A DNA stretch of 64,000 nt from an uncultured Methanoregulaceae archaeon (GTDB taxonomy: Archaea > Halobacteriota > Methanomicrobia > Methanomicrobiales > Methanospirillaceae): positions 1,344,001 through 1,408,000 of the forward strand of contig OY970343.1 in the NCBI GenBank assembly GCA_963717525.1, in the 5' to 3' direction. A program made the position numbers and the translations under genes. Below the pieces are notes generated by a model. It made no database searches and was not told the origin of the DNA. It was given only the letters and a program-made list of their open reading frames with translations. Shown one piece after another: positions 39,030 to 48,341 of the stretch (position 1 is its first letter; every line of letters starts with the position of its first letter).

Positions 39030-39565
39030 GGCGCGAGGTCAGGTTCTCCGGGTTTGGCGGGCAGGGAATCATCCTCTCCGCGGTCATTCTCGGGCGTGCG
39101 GCGGTGATGTACGACCACAAGTTCGCGGTGCAGACACAGGTCTACGGACCCGAGGCCCGGGGCGGGGCCTCAATGAGCGCGTTGATCATCGACGATGAGG
39201 AGATCCTTTACCCCAAGGTGGCAAATCCCGATCTCTTTGTGATCATGTCCCAGGAAGGATTCGAGAAGTACGGTGCCGCCACCCGGCCCGATGCCATCAT
39301 GATTCTCGACTCCTCTCTCGTCCATTCACGCCCGGACTGCACGTTTTATGAGATCCCGGCGACGGCAGAGGCGAAAAAAACGCTTGGCCGGGATATTGTC
39401 GCAAATATCGTGATGCTCGGGGCGCTTGTCAGGTATACACACGTCGTCAGTGAAGAGGCGCTCAAGAAAGCAATCCTCGATTCCGTGCCAAAAGGCACAG
39501 AGGCGCTCAACACGAAAGCCATGGAGCTCGGGATAGCTCTTGCAGGAGGGGAAAAACAGCCATGA
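39026..39565 (+). CDS. korC: 2-oxoglutarate:ferredoxin oxidoreductase gamma subunit
   Basis: GFGGQG, YGPEARGG, ANIVMLG. Confidence 0.9.
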   Translation: MRREVRFSGFGGQGIILSAVILGRAAVMYDHKFAVQTQVYGPEARGGASMSALIIDDEEILYPKVANPDLFVIMSQEGFEKYGAATRPDAIMILDSSLVHSRPDCTFYEIPATAEAKKTLGRDIVANIVMLGALVRYTHVVSEEALKKAILDSVPKGTEALNTKAMELGIALAGGEKQP

Positions 39566-40648
39566 AACTCCGTGAATACGAGGCAAAGAATGTGATAAAG
39601 GCAGCCGGGATCCCGGTCCCGGCGGGATTCCTGATACGCTCTCCGGATGAACTTACTCCGCACCTTGCGGAGCTTGGCGATGCGTTTGTTCTCAAGGCAC
39701 AGGTGGACGTCGGCGGGAGGGGTAAGGCCGGCGGCATCCTGATGGCTGACAAGGCCTCGGGCGTGATAGTCGCAAAGGAGCTTTTCGGAAAGCAGATCAA
39801 GGGCCTGCCCGTGAAGGAGATCCTGAGCTGAGCAGAAGCTCGGGATCCAGCACGAGTACTACCTCTCGATCACCGTAGACCGCTCGAACCGGCAGCCGCT
39901 TATCCTCTTCACCGAAGCAGGGGGGGTTGAGATTGAGATCACTGCAAAGGAACACCCGGAGTTGATCCGGAAGGTTGTCGCAAACCCTCTCATGAAAGAC
40001 CTCCCACCCTTCATGATCCGGGAACTTCTCGGTACGGCCCCAAAGGAGATCGGGCCGATCATCAACAGGCTTTACCGGGTCTTCATCGAGAAGGACGCGC
40101 TGCTTGCCGAGATCAACCCGCTGGTCATAACGCCGTCCGGCGTCTTTGCCGCGGATGCGAAGATCATCGTGGACGACAATGCGCTGGGCAGGCAGGGGAT
40201 CACGGTTAACCGCGATCTCTCGGAGCGGGAGCGGGAGGCCGAGAAGCACGGCTTCTCCTACGTGGAGCTTGACGGAAAGATCGGCGTGATCGGCAATGGT
40301 GCCGGTCTCACGATGGCGACGCTTGACCTTATCGAGTATTACGGGGGGAAGGCGGCAAACTTCCTTGACGTAGGCGGCGGGGCCGAGAGCGAACGGGTGA
40401 AAAACGCGGTCCGGCTCGTGGCGAGCGTCCCGACCGTCAGGGTCATCGTGGTGAATCTGCTCGGCGGCATCACAAAGTGTGACGAGGTGGCCAAGGGAAT
40501 CATCGCGGCAGGTATCTCCCAGAAGGTGATCGTCAGGCTCGCGGGAACGAACGAGGATGAAGGGAGGCGGCTTCTCTCCGAAAAGGGTTACGAAATGCTG
40601 GACACCATGGACCTCGTGGTGAAGAAGGCTGTGGAGGTGACCGCATGA
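39562..40648 (+). CDS. sucC: Succinyl-CoA synthetase beta subunit (frameshift ~39826)
   Basis: MKLREYEAK, KAQVDVGGRGKAGG, EINPL, GNGAGLTMATLD, ANFLDVGGG. Confidence 0.92.
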
Positions 40649-41523
40649 TCTACGGTGACAGGAACACCGGCCTCCTTGTGCAGGGTGCGACCGGCAAGCA
40701 GGGCGAGTTCCACATCGGCCTGATGAACGCGTACGCGAAGCAGGTCGGCGGCAATGGCGTCGTTGCCGGTGTGACGCCCGGCAAGGGTGGGCAACAGGTG
40801 CACGGGGTTCCCGTGTACAATACTGTGAAGGAGGCCATGAAGGAGCACGACATCGGTGCAGCGGTCATCTTCGTTCCCGCGGGGGCGGCTGCAGACGCCA
40901 TCATGGAGGAGGCGAACGCCGGCATCACAACTATTGTCTGCATTACCGAGCATATCCCGGTGCAGGACACCATGAAGGCGATCGCGTACGCGAGGATGGA
41001 GGGCGCCAGCGTGATCGGTCCCAACTGTCCCGGACTCCTTTCGCCCGGAGAAGTAAAGATGGGGATCATGCCCGCCGGGCTCTTCTCGCGGGGCAACGTG
41101 GGGGTCATCTCGCGGAGTGGCACGCTCACCTACGAGGTTGTGGACGAGCTCTCCCGGGCCGGCATCGGCCAGAGTACCGTGGTCGGCATCGGAGGCGACC
41201 CGGTCATCGGGCAGACGTTCGTGGACGTCCTGGGGCGGTTCGAGAAGGATCCGCAGACCAAGGCGGTCGTCCTGATTGGGGAGGTCGGAGGGAATCTGGA
41301 AGAGGAGGGTGCAACATCCACCAACCTGCCGATCGTCTCCTACATTGCCGGTGTCTCTGCCCCACCGGATAAGCGGATGGGACATGCGGGAGCGATCGTT
41401 GAGGGGGGCGAGGGCGATGCGAAATCCAAGATCGCACGCCTTAAGAAGCACGGCGTGCCGGTAGCCTCCCGCGTTTCGGAGATCCCGGACTTGGTCCGGG
41501 ATCTCTTCCGCTGCCACTGCTGA
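40645..41523 (+). CDS. sucD: Succinyl-CoA synthetase alpha subunit
   Basis: [30 protein letters not shown]. Confidence 0.95.
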   Translation: MIYGDRNTGLLVQGATGKQGEFHIGLMNAYAKQVGGNGVVAGVTPGKGGQQVHGVPVYNTVKEAMKEHDIGAAVIFVPAGAAADAIMEEANAGITTIVCITEHIPVQDTMKAIAYARMEGASVIGPNCPGLLSPGEVKMGIMPAGLFSRGNVGVISRSGTLTYEVVDELSRAGIGQSTVVGIGGDPVIGQTFVDVLGRFEKDPQTKAVVLIGEVGGNLEEEGATSTNLPIVSYIAGVSAPPDKRMGHAGAIVEGGEGDAKSKIARLKKHGVPVASRVSEIPDLVRDLFRCHC

Positions 41524-41634
41524 TGGCACGGCAATACACCCCCTCTTTTTACCCGCTAAACGGAGAGTCTTTGTCAACAGTTGTGGGGCACTGAAATCCC
41601 AAAAAAAAGGATACTGAACATGGAACCCGCGGCA

Positions 41635-42456
41635 TTACCGCACAACCGCCGACGCATGCGCATCGAACGGGTTTGTCCGCATCGCAAGGGAGAACAAGTA
41701 GGGATAGTGCATCTTCAAATGGCGCATGTAGGTCAGCCATTCCATGATCAGCAGGCCGTAGACCCGGTTAATATCTCCTGAAAGATGGGCGAAATCCGAT
41801 GCCGGGAGGTCAGTGAGCTGATCGCGTGCCGCCAGCTCTTCAGTGAGGTGAAAAACTGCCTGGAGGAGAGGGGTGAAGCCTTCGTTTTCGATAATCTGCG
41901 AGTTCTCGAAGAGCGTGAGCAGGATACTCTTGTGTTCGCGCAGGAATCTGTCCAGTCCGGGAAGGTCAAGAGTCCTGCTGTCCAGCATATTCCTGTGATG
42001 CTGAAGGTTACCGGAAGCGCGGGAAAAGTCTTCCTCAGTCCACCTGTCTGACACGACAAGTGCAGATCGTACCTGGTCAGATTTAGGGTCTTTCTCAGAG
42101 AAGCGCCGCAGCAGGCCGTTACCTACTTCGGAAAAAAAGACCCCGACCAGCAAGTTGAGATTCCGCAACCGCACAGACCGCTCCCTGTTCTCGATCATCA
42201 GGTCAAGGCTTGATGCAGCAAGGCCCACAAAACAGCCGACCCCGACAAGGATAATTCCGATCGTGAGCAGTTTACCGGCATCTGTCACCGGGTGGATATC
42301 CCCAAAACCTACCGTTGAAATGGTCACGACGACAAAATAGAATGCGTCAAGTGGGGTCCGGTTTTCAAAGGTCATCATCCCGAACATACCTACGAGAATG
42401 ACGACGATAAGTATCGAGAGGTAGATACGCAAACGGAGATGGATGGTTTTGGTCAC
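41635..42456 (-). CDS. 2-TM potassium channel family protein
   Basis: Pore DAFYFVVVTISTVGFGD; GTG start at 42456 (the longer ORF overlaps the tRNA). Confidence 0.88.
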   Translation of the reverse strand: MTKTIHLRLRIYLSILIVVILVGMFGMMTFENRTPLDAFYFVVVTISTVGFGDIHPVTDAGKLLTIGIILVGVGCFVGLAASSLDLMIENRERSVRLRNLNLLVGVFFSEVGNGLLRRFSEKDPKSDQVRSALVVSDRWTEEDFSRASGNLQHHRNMLDSRTLDLPGLDRFLREHKSILLTLFENSQIIENEGFTPLLQAVFHLTEELAARDQLTDLPASDFAHLSGDINRVYGLLIMEWLTYMRHLKMHYPYLFSLAMRTNPFDAHASAVVR

Positions 42457-42510
42457 GTACGAGATTATATACACCCGGATATATAGGGATTCGTCTGCCG
42501 GGAACAATGA

Positions 42511-42583
42511 TACCCCCGACCAGATTCGAACTGGTGTCGCCGGATCCAAAGTCCTGCATGATTGACCGCTACACTACGGGGGT
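42511..42583 (-). tRNA. tRNA-Gln(TTG)
   Basis: Reverse complement ACCCCCGTAGTGTAGCGGTCAATCATGCAGGACTTTGGATCCGGCGACACCAGTTCGAATCTGGTCGGGGGTA; A1:U72 pair typical of archaeal tRNA-Gln. Confidence 0.95.
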
Positions 42584-43162
42584 CCTCGACGATAAGACCA
42601 CTAATCTAACAATTTTCAGATTTCGTGGCTATGTCCCTGTTATATCATTCTCTGATCTCAAAAAAGCATTGATAACCAGACAGGTTATGGGAAATCCGGG
42701 ATGATGGCCGGATCGAATGGAGACCTTGCCAAGTATTTTCGGTCTGAAAGGGGGATGAGATTATTTTCCCACCTGTTTCCCTATTCAGGAAGGCAGGTTT
42801 CACTGGGATACGGTTGGGCACCGCTTGCGAAATTATGCAGCGGAAAAAGGGGAATGGATCCCTGGTTTTTGTAAAAAGAGGAAAAATGGGAAATTTTTGG
42901 AAAATGGAAAATAAAATTCCGCTGCTCCACGAGATAAATACATTATTTATCGTTCCCATTAATTTCGGAAAAATGTGGAAAATCCGGATTTTTTTATCAT
43001 AAAAAACAGCCGGATTTTTTGAGATTGAGCGCACGAAAAACAGGCAGCAGGATCACCCACAAAACCAGAATTCATGAAAACGGAAATGGAAAAAATCCGC
43101 CATTTGTCCGGATCCGGTCTAATTCGGAAAAATATTAAGAAAAACCGGGCCAAAAAACCCCA

Positions 43163-43192
43163 ATTTAGTGTATAGCATCATACGGTTTATAT
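43163..43192 (+). repeat. 30-bp inverted repeat, left copy
   Basis: ATTTAGTGTATAGCATCATACGGTTTATAT; 29/30 identical to the reverse complement of 45962-45991. Confidence 0.9.
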
Positions 43193-43398
43193 ATAGTTAC
43201 TATAATTCTCAAACAAGGGAGAAAAACCCTAGATAAATGCAGTATTCCGGGAAAAGAACCCCAATATAAGGATTTTTAAGAAATTGCGAAATAGTGTAGG
43301 AATGAGGAACCGTTACGTATTCGTACATCTTTTCCCGTGGGAAAATCTGACGGGCGCAAGTGAACCTGGCTTATCAGGAAGAGAGGATAGGAGAATTT

Positions 43399-44320
43399 TC
43401 ACGAGTTTTCGTTATCGCTGGAGAGCGGGAAGAACTGCTGGTAGACCTGGCGGCGTTCATCGATATCTGTATGCAGGTAAATTTCCGTCGTCTTTATGGA
43501 GGTATGGCCAAGATTCTCCTGCACAACCCGGAGATTCTTGGACCGGCGGTACAGTTCGCTTGCATAGCTGTGACGGATCTTGTGTGGGGTGATACCAGGA
43601 GGGGCATAATATTTGAAAATATGCTGGATAGCCCTCGGAGAGATGTGCTTACCCTGCTGACCGATAAACAGGGGACCATCGATCCTGTTGCCCGCAAAAG
43701 TTCGGATCCCGGAGAGTGTCTCATCATCGACGAAAACAATCCGGATCTTGTCCCCTTTCCCGCGGATACGAATGGTATGTTCATCGAAATCGATATCTTC
43801 GATATTCATGTTACAGAGCTCGAGATACCCGGACGCCAGTCGAGTAGATCGTTCTTACGATCAGTTTATCCCTCGGATCCTCGATAGAATCGATCAGGCG
43901 GAGTACCTGGTTATGCTTGAGGTATTTTACCTCCTGTTGTTTGATCCGGGGACGTTCAATACCGCTGAGAGGGTTTGCCACAACAGCTCCTTGGGTTGAG
44001 AGAAACCGGTAAAATGAGCTGAGGGTAGAAATAATCCGATGAAACGTTTTGGGTTTATAGGTGCGCATCGTGGAGACAAACGAGAGAAAATCGGTTATCA
44101 TGGATGGCGGCACGTCAACGCTTGTATCAAGCCGGGCATTCTCAAAGTCCTTCCAGAAGAAGACCAGCTTGGTTACTTCGGTATGCCTGCGGAGCCAGAC
44201 ATAATAGCCGAAATGCTTGATCACCTGTTCATAGCTGTCAAGGGTCCGGGAAGAATAGTTGCGCATCCGCAGGTAATTTCGGTAACTTTTGAGCCAGTCC
44301 GAAAAATACCCGCTTCCCAT
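43399..44320 (-). CDS. Xer-type tyrosine recombinase (XerA-like; one +1 frameshift ~43823)
   Basis: N-terminal SAM-like domain (NYSSRTLDSY, ISTLSSFYRFL...NP); all catalytic residues after rejoining: TGVRVSE, GKGDK, HKIRH, LGH, TTEIY; about 306 aa. Confidence 0.9.
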
Positions 44321-44353
44321 GGTCTAATCTTTTTTATCTCAAATTAATAAAGG

Positions 44354-44381
44354 TTTGCGCAGAATACCTATTCTGCGCAAT
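44354..44381. other. dif-like recombination site (11-6-11)
   Basis: TTTGCGCAGAA-TACCTA-TTCTGCGCAAT; arms 10/11 inverted; 33 bp upstream of the recombinase start and next to its TATA-like box. Confidence 0.7.
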
Positions 44382-44880
44382 CCTGAAATTCCAAAAGAGG
44401 GGCAGATTCACGGTATTTGGAAGTTGCAATTCAGTGAATTGATCATCTCATTATTCCATTCAATCATGAAGTTTTGGGGGACATACCCATATGCAACGGC
44501 CATCTACTCAACGGTATGCTGGTTTCTTTATTCATTCTCATCTTAAGAGCAAAAAGGGCGTTTTTTTCATTTTCACCATACTTTTGCTCATTCAGTCGTA
44601 CTAATGGGCTGGAAACGCTGCTATTGCAATCTACCGTCGAACGTGGTCTCCGAGGAGGCCTTTGTAACCCAGCCTGATAAAAATTACCTGATAACCGGAA
44701 TCAGGTATACAACGGGATGCTGAAAACCATTATAGCAGAAACCGGATATTATGCACTACAATTTTCCAAAATGTGGATTATTCCAGAATTTCCAAAATTT
44801 CTCCGCCGAGGATATCTGGATTTCCCTTATTTTTCCCAATGTGAACTGTCCAGAACCTGGCCTACAATTCCGATATTTTT

Positions 44881-45507
44881 TCATGATTTACCCATCTCCT
44901 CACGTTGCGAATTATGCCGGTACAGCGTTGTATAATGGATATCCAGAATCCGGAAAATTGCCGCAATGAGGATATTTTTCCCCTGTAATTCCTGTATACG
45001 TTTCCACGGGATGACCCTTTTTTGCCTGCCGAGCGTTACCCCTTCCGCTTTCGCCCGGGCGATACCACGTGTTGTGCGTTCGATCAGATTTTTCCGTTCA
45101 TGGTCAGCAATCCACGAGAAGATCGAGAGCATAAGATTCCATAGTTTTTTATCTTCAATTCTGCTCCAGGATTCGGCTCGAGATAACGACCAGCCCCGGG
45201 TCCCGGATTCTCCGAGAGAAAGAAGCATATTCAATGTGTTAAGAAAGGACCGCCCCATCCGCGAAATTTCAAAAAAATACAACATGATTGGTTTCCCGGG
45301 ATGCGCCCTTATGAACTGGATCATGAGGGAACATCCTTCACGGTTCTGCATGGTGGAGATTCCCGACACAGGATCTACATAGATTAAATCCCGTGAGAGC
45401 CCTTCCTCAAGCAGAATCCTGATCTGATTCTCGACATTCTGATTTTCCCGGGAAACGCGGACATGGTCAAAAGGGGGATAAACATTTGGGTATCTTAAAT
45501 CGCTCAT
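44881..45507 (-). CDS. Serine recombinase, resolvase/invertase type
   Basis: HVRVS (catalytic Ser), Q..ENQ, SRMGRS, ADHERKNLIERTTRGIARAKAEGVTLGR, C-terminal HTH ending TTLYR. Confidence 0.85.
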   Translation of the reverse strand: MSDLRYPNVYPPFDHVRVSRENQNVENQIRILLEEGLSRDLIYVDPVSGISTMQNREGCSLMIQFIRAHPGKPIMLYFFEISRMGRSFLNTLNMLLSLGESGTRGWSLSRAESWSRIEDKKLWNLMLSIFSWIADHERKNLIERTTRGIARAKAEGVTLGRQKRVIPWKRIQELQGKNILIAAIFRILDIHYTTLYRHNSQREEMGKS

Positions 45508-45961
45508 TTTTGATTAATAAAACCGGGAAAAACATGCCCTAAAATGGAAAAATAAACATCGCATCGACGATTTGTATTTGGAAAATCTGGATTTATCCGG
45601 ATAGTGATCGATTCAAGTTCGCTCGATTGTTAGCCAAGAAAACAGGGGGGGCGTTAGTTTAAAAGAAATGAAGGGGTTCCACAGACAGTAACCAGAAACT
45701 GTCTCACTGAACACAAAAAAAGACAATAAAACGCCGCATCTGCCAATTACAGACTCAAAAAGTTTCCTGTTTTTCTATCGTAAACGCGCCAGATAAGCCA
45801 CAAATAGCCATAAATTCGCAATAGAAATCTCTTCCCAAGAGAGACGTTGAGGGTGTTTGCCTGGGAAAACGGCAAATTCCATATCATCCGAACCAGTCAA
45901 AAATTCCGAAATGCAAAAGAATTTTCTATAAATCCCCCGATAAATTGAAGATTTTTTATTG

Positions 45962-45991
45962 ATATAAACCATATGATGCTATACACTAAAT
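45962..45991 (-). repeat. 30-bp inverted repeat, right copy
   Basis: ATATAAACCATATGATGCTATACACTAAAT, the reverse complement of 43163-43192 with 1 mismatch. Confidence 0.9.
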
Positions 45992-46275
45992 GAACAGATA
46001 TTATCTTAAACTAAGGAAAAAGATTAACGGGAAAAACCGGAGGGGATATGCTCGAAGGCACATATTTTTCATAATGAGAGTAAGAGCTACAACAAAAGAG
46101 AAGATATGGAAATATGCAAAGTGGCCTCTGGTTTTGATCAGAACATCTGCAACCATTGACATTTAATAAGCAGCATCAGATCGCGAAAAGATCCGTTTAT
46201 CCTCAATTCAAACTTTAGGTAGAGAATACGAAGCCAAACAATTATGGTATTAAAGGGAACCATTGGTAATGTAGT

Positions 46276-46632
46276 ATGACAACGGACAACCAGTTCTTAA
46301 GTACAAACGAGGTGGCGAAGATCCTTGGTGTTCACCAGAAAACCGTCCACCACTGGCTCCGTACCGGAAGGCTTGTCGGCACAAAAATCTCCTATCGCGC
46401 CTGGCGGATCTCTCGTTCGGCATTGGAAGATTTCATCGAACAGAACAGTAATGTACATTCAGGAAATACAATCCCGGCATCACGTGAATCTGACAAAAAA
46501 ACACCCCATACTAAAAATCAGGGAGACAGTGATCTCCCTGGAACTTCTGGAACCCGTCCCGGAACAGAGATGAAACACTATATCCGGGATATCATGGGAG
46601 AAGATAGCAACATGCAAAAAAACAATGGGTAG
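46276..46632 (+). CDS. Excisionase-like / HTH_17 DNA-binding protein
   Basis: FLSTNEVAKILGVHQKTVHHWLRTGRLVGTKISYRAWRISRSALEDF followed by a low-complexity tail. Confidence 0.85.
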   Translation: MTTDNQFLSTNEVAKILGVHQKTVHHWLRTGRLVGTKISYRAWRISRSALEDFIEQNSNVHSGNTIPASRESDKKTPHTKNQGDSDLPGTSGTRPGTEMKHYIRDIMGEDSNMQKNNG

Positions 46633-47109
46633 CCGAATCGGCCGTTTTGATTCAATTTTTGATTCAATAATAGAATAATACTAACGGTTAACGATAACAA
46701 AACAATACAAAAAGATACAATATTCCTGAATCAATAAAAGGCGGGTAAATTCCTGGTAAAACACAATCCTCATACAGGGGTGGCTTTTAGGAGAGTCCAA
46801 TCCAGAGCATTACTCCATCTCCCCCACATGCATCATTGTCGATATCCCCCCACTTTACAGATTCACAGCGAACAGGGATTGGAGAACAGATAAAACGCCT
46901 GAAACGCATTTATTTCCTAGCCGCACCGGAAGCCAAGAGAGAATTGATTCGAACACTTCTGAATTCAGAACATATTCATAATTGTCCCCCCTTTTTCCCC
47001 GTGGATAAACCGCATACTGCTATATACAAATGGGATCTAACTAGTAACCAGAACAGAAAGACAACAGTCGTTCATTTTACGTTTCACCGACAAAAACAGG
47101 ATGATCTTC

Positions 47110-47898
47110 ATGGACGATGACAGCCAGAATGAGATTAACAAATATAAGAAATTCAAAAAAGTAGACGGGGCTACCTACCGGAAAGTCAACCAGTTCCTGC
47201 GTAAACGCACCTATATCACTGCGAGAGAATGGGCGCTTGCACGGCTGTGTACTGATTTCAGGACATCCGGCGGCGCCGAGATGACCTTTATCGGAAAGCA
47301 TCTCCCGGAACTGGTTCCCTTCATGGAGGAGCCGTATTCTCCTCAGGCCGTCAACCAGGCCCGCCATTCGTTCAAGAAAAAAGTTCGAAAAGCAAGCGCT
47401 ACCTTCTTCTATGGGGCGATGTGCGGTTTTTTTACCACAGATGAACTTGATGACCTTCTTTTTGAAGCAAGCGAGGTCTCGCGTTTTCTTCTGGAGGTTG
47501 AGGGTACATCTCTCGATATTGACGAAGAGATTGATATCGAAGACCGCATCACCAAGGTGATGCGGAGCGTGGGAGAGACCGCAAAGACCATACTCACCCA
47601 AAGGACTGACAACACACCGCCAGATGAGATGAAACCCCAAAAACGAGCCGGTGAAGGTACCAGCCCTTCTCCAGAAACTTCATCAGAGATAACCCATGCT
47701 CTCCCGCTGCATATCCAAGCAGAAGATACCTCCATTCTCTCGGGCTCTTCAAATGAGGAACATCCAGACCATGAAACTCAAAAAAATTTGTTAAAGATTC
47801 CGATCGCATCCGAACTAGTGGACACATCTTCATCAGGGAAAAATAATTCAAATCTGGATGATACAAACCGTTCCCATAACCCTGAAGAGGGACAGTAA
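47110..47898 (+). CDS. Conserved archaeal protein, DUF5806-like, with disordered C-terminus
   Basis: KYKKFKKVDGATYRKVNQFLRKRTYITAREWALARLC...FFYGAM; family name from recall, not from a search. Confidence 0.7.
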   Translation: MDDDSQNEINKYKKFKKVDGATYRKVNQFLRKRTYITAREWALARLCTDFRTSGGAEMTFIGKHLPELVPFMEEPYSPQAVNQARHSFKKKVRKASATFFYGAMCGFFTTDELDDLLFEASEVSRFLLEVEGTSLDIDEEIDIEDRITKVMRSVGETAKTILTQRTDNTPPDEMKPQKRAGEGTSPSPETSSEITHALPLHIQAEDTSILSGSSNEEHPDHETQKNLLKIPIASELVDTSSSGKNNSNLDDTNRSHNPEEGQ

Positions 47899-47900
47899 TC

Positions 47901-48311
47901 ATGAAAATTATCCCGGTTACCGGTCTTGCGAACTCAGGGAAGACCTCGTTCATCCGGAATCTCATCCCCGTGCTGAAATCTTATGGAAGCGTGGGCGTGA
48001 TCAAGCATCTCGGGGATCATGAGTACCGTCAGGAAGAGGGGAAGGATACAACCGTGTTTTTTGAGAACGGGGCTGATATCTCGGCGGGCATCGACTCCGG
48101 TAAATCCGTCGTTGCCCTCCGCACAATCGATCTGGATGTAATACTCCTTCTATTCAAACAGCAGGGGATCGATTTTGCAGTTATTGAAGGGTTCAAAACG
48201 CGCGATTTCCCGAAGATCATTATAGGGGATCTCCCCAGTGATACCTGCATCCTGCGAAACCCAACCGCTGATCAGGTTGTTTCCTCACTCACCCGGTTCG
48301 AAGATTATTAA
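47901..48311 (+). CDS. mobB: Molybdopterin-guanine dinucleotide biosynthesis protein B
   Basis: GLANSGKT, VGVIKH, GKDT, VIEGFK. Confidence 0.88.
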   Translation: MKIIPVTGLANSGKTSFIRNLIPVLKSYGSVGVIKHLGDHEYRQEEGKDTTVFFENGADISAGIDSGKSVVALRTIDLDVILLLFKQQGIDFAVIEGFKTRDFPKIIIGDLPSDTCILRNPTADQVVSSLTRFEDY

Positions 48312-48341
48312 AATGCAAAAACCCGATGAATCTTAACGAAA

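Noticed and set aside
35412..41523. fum-kor-suc operon as a novel pathway
   Set aside because: An incomplete reductive TCA route to 2-oxoglutarate is established in methanogens.
34452..44320. Programmed frameshifting or true pseudogenes (rpl10e, sucC, xer and others)
   Set aside because: The breaks share no slippery motif, hit essential genes and are nearly all +1; assembly error is simpler.
42511..46632. tRNA-Gln-integrated provirus or genomic island
   Set aside because: The recombinase lies on the 5' side of the tRNA, I found no duplicated tRNA 3' fragment, and there are no viral or plasmid genes.
44881..46632. IS607-family element (serine recombinase plus HTH)
   Set aside because: The recombinase has the resolvase/invertase layout with a C-terminal HTH, the other HTH is a separate divergent gene, and there is no tnpB.
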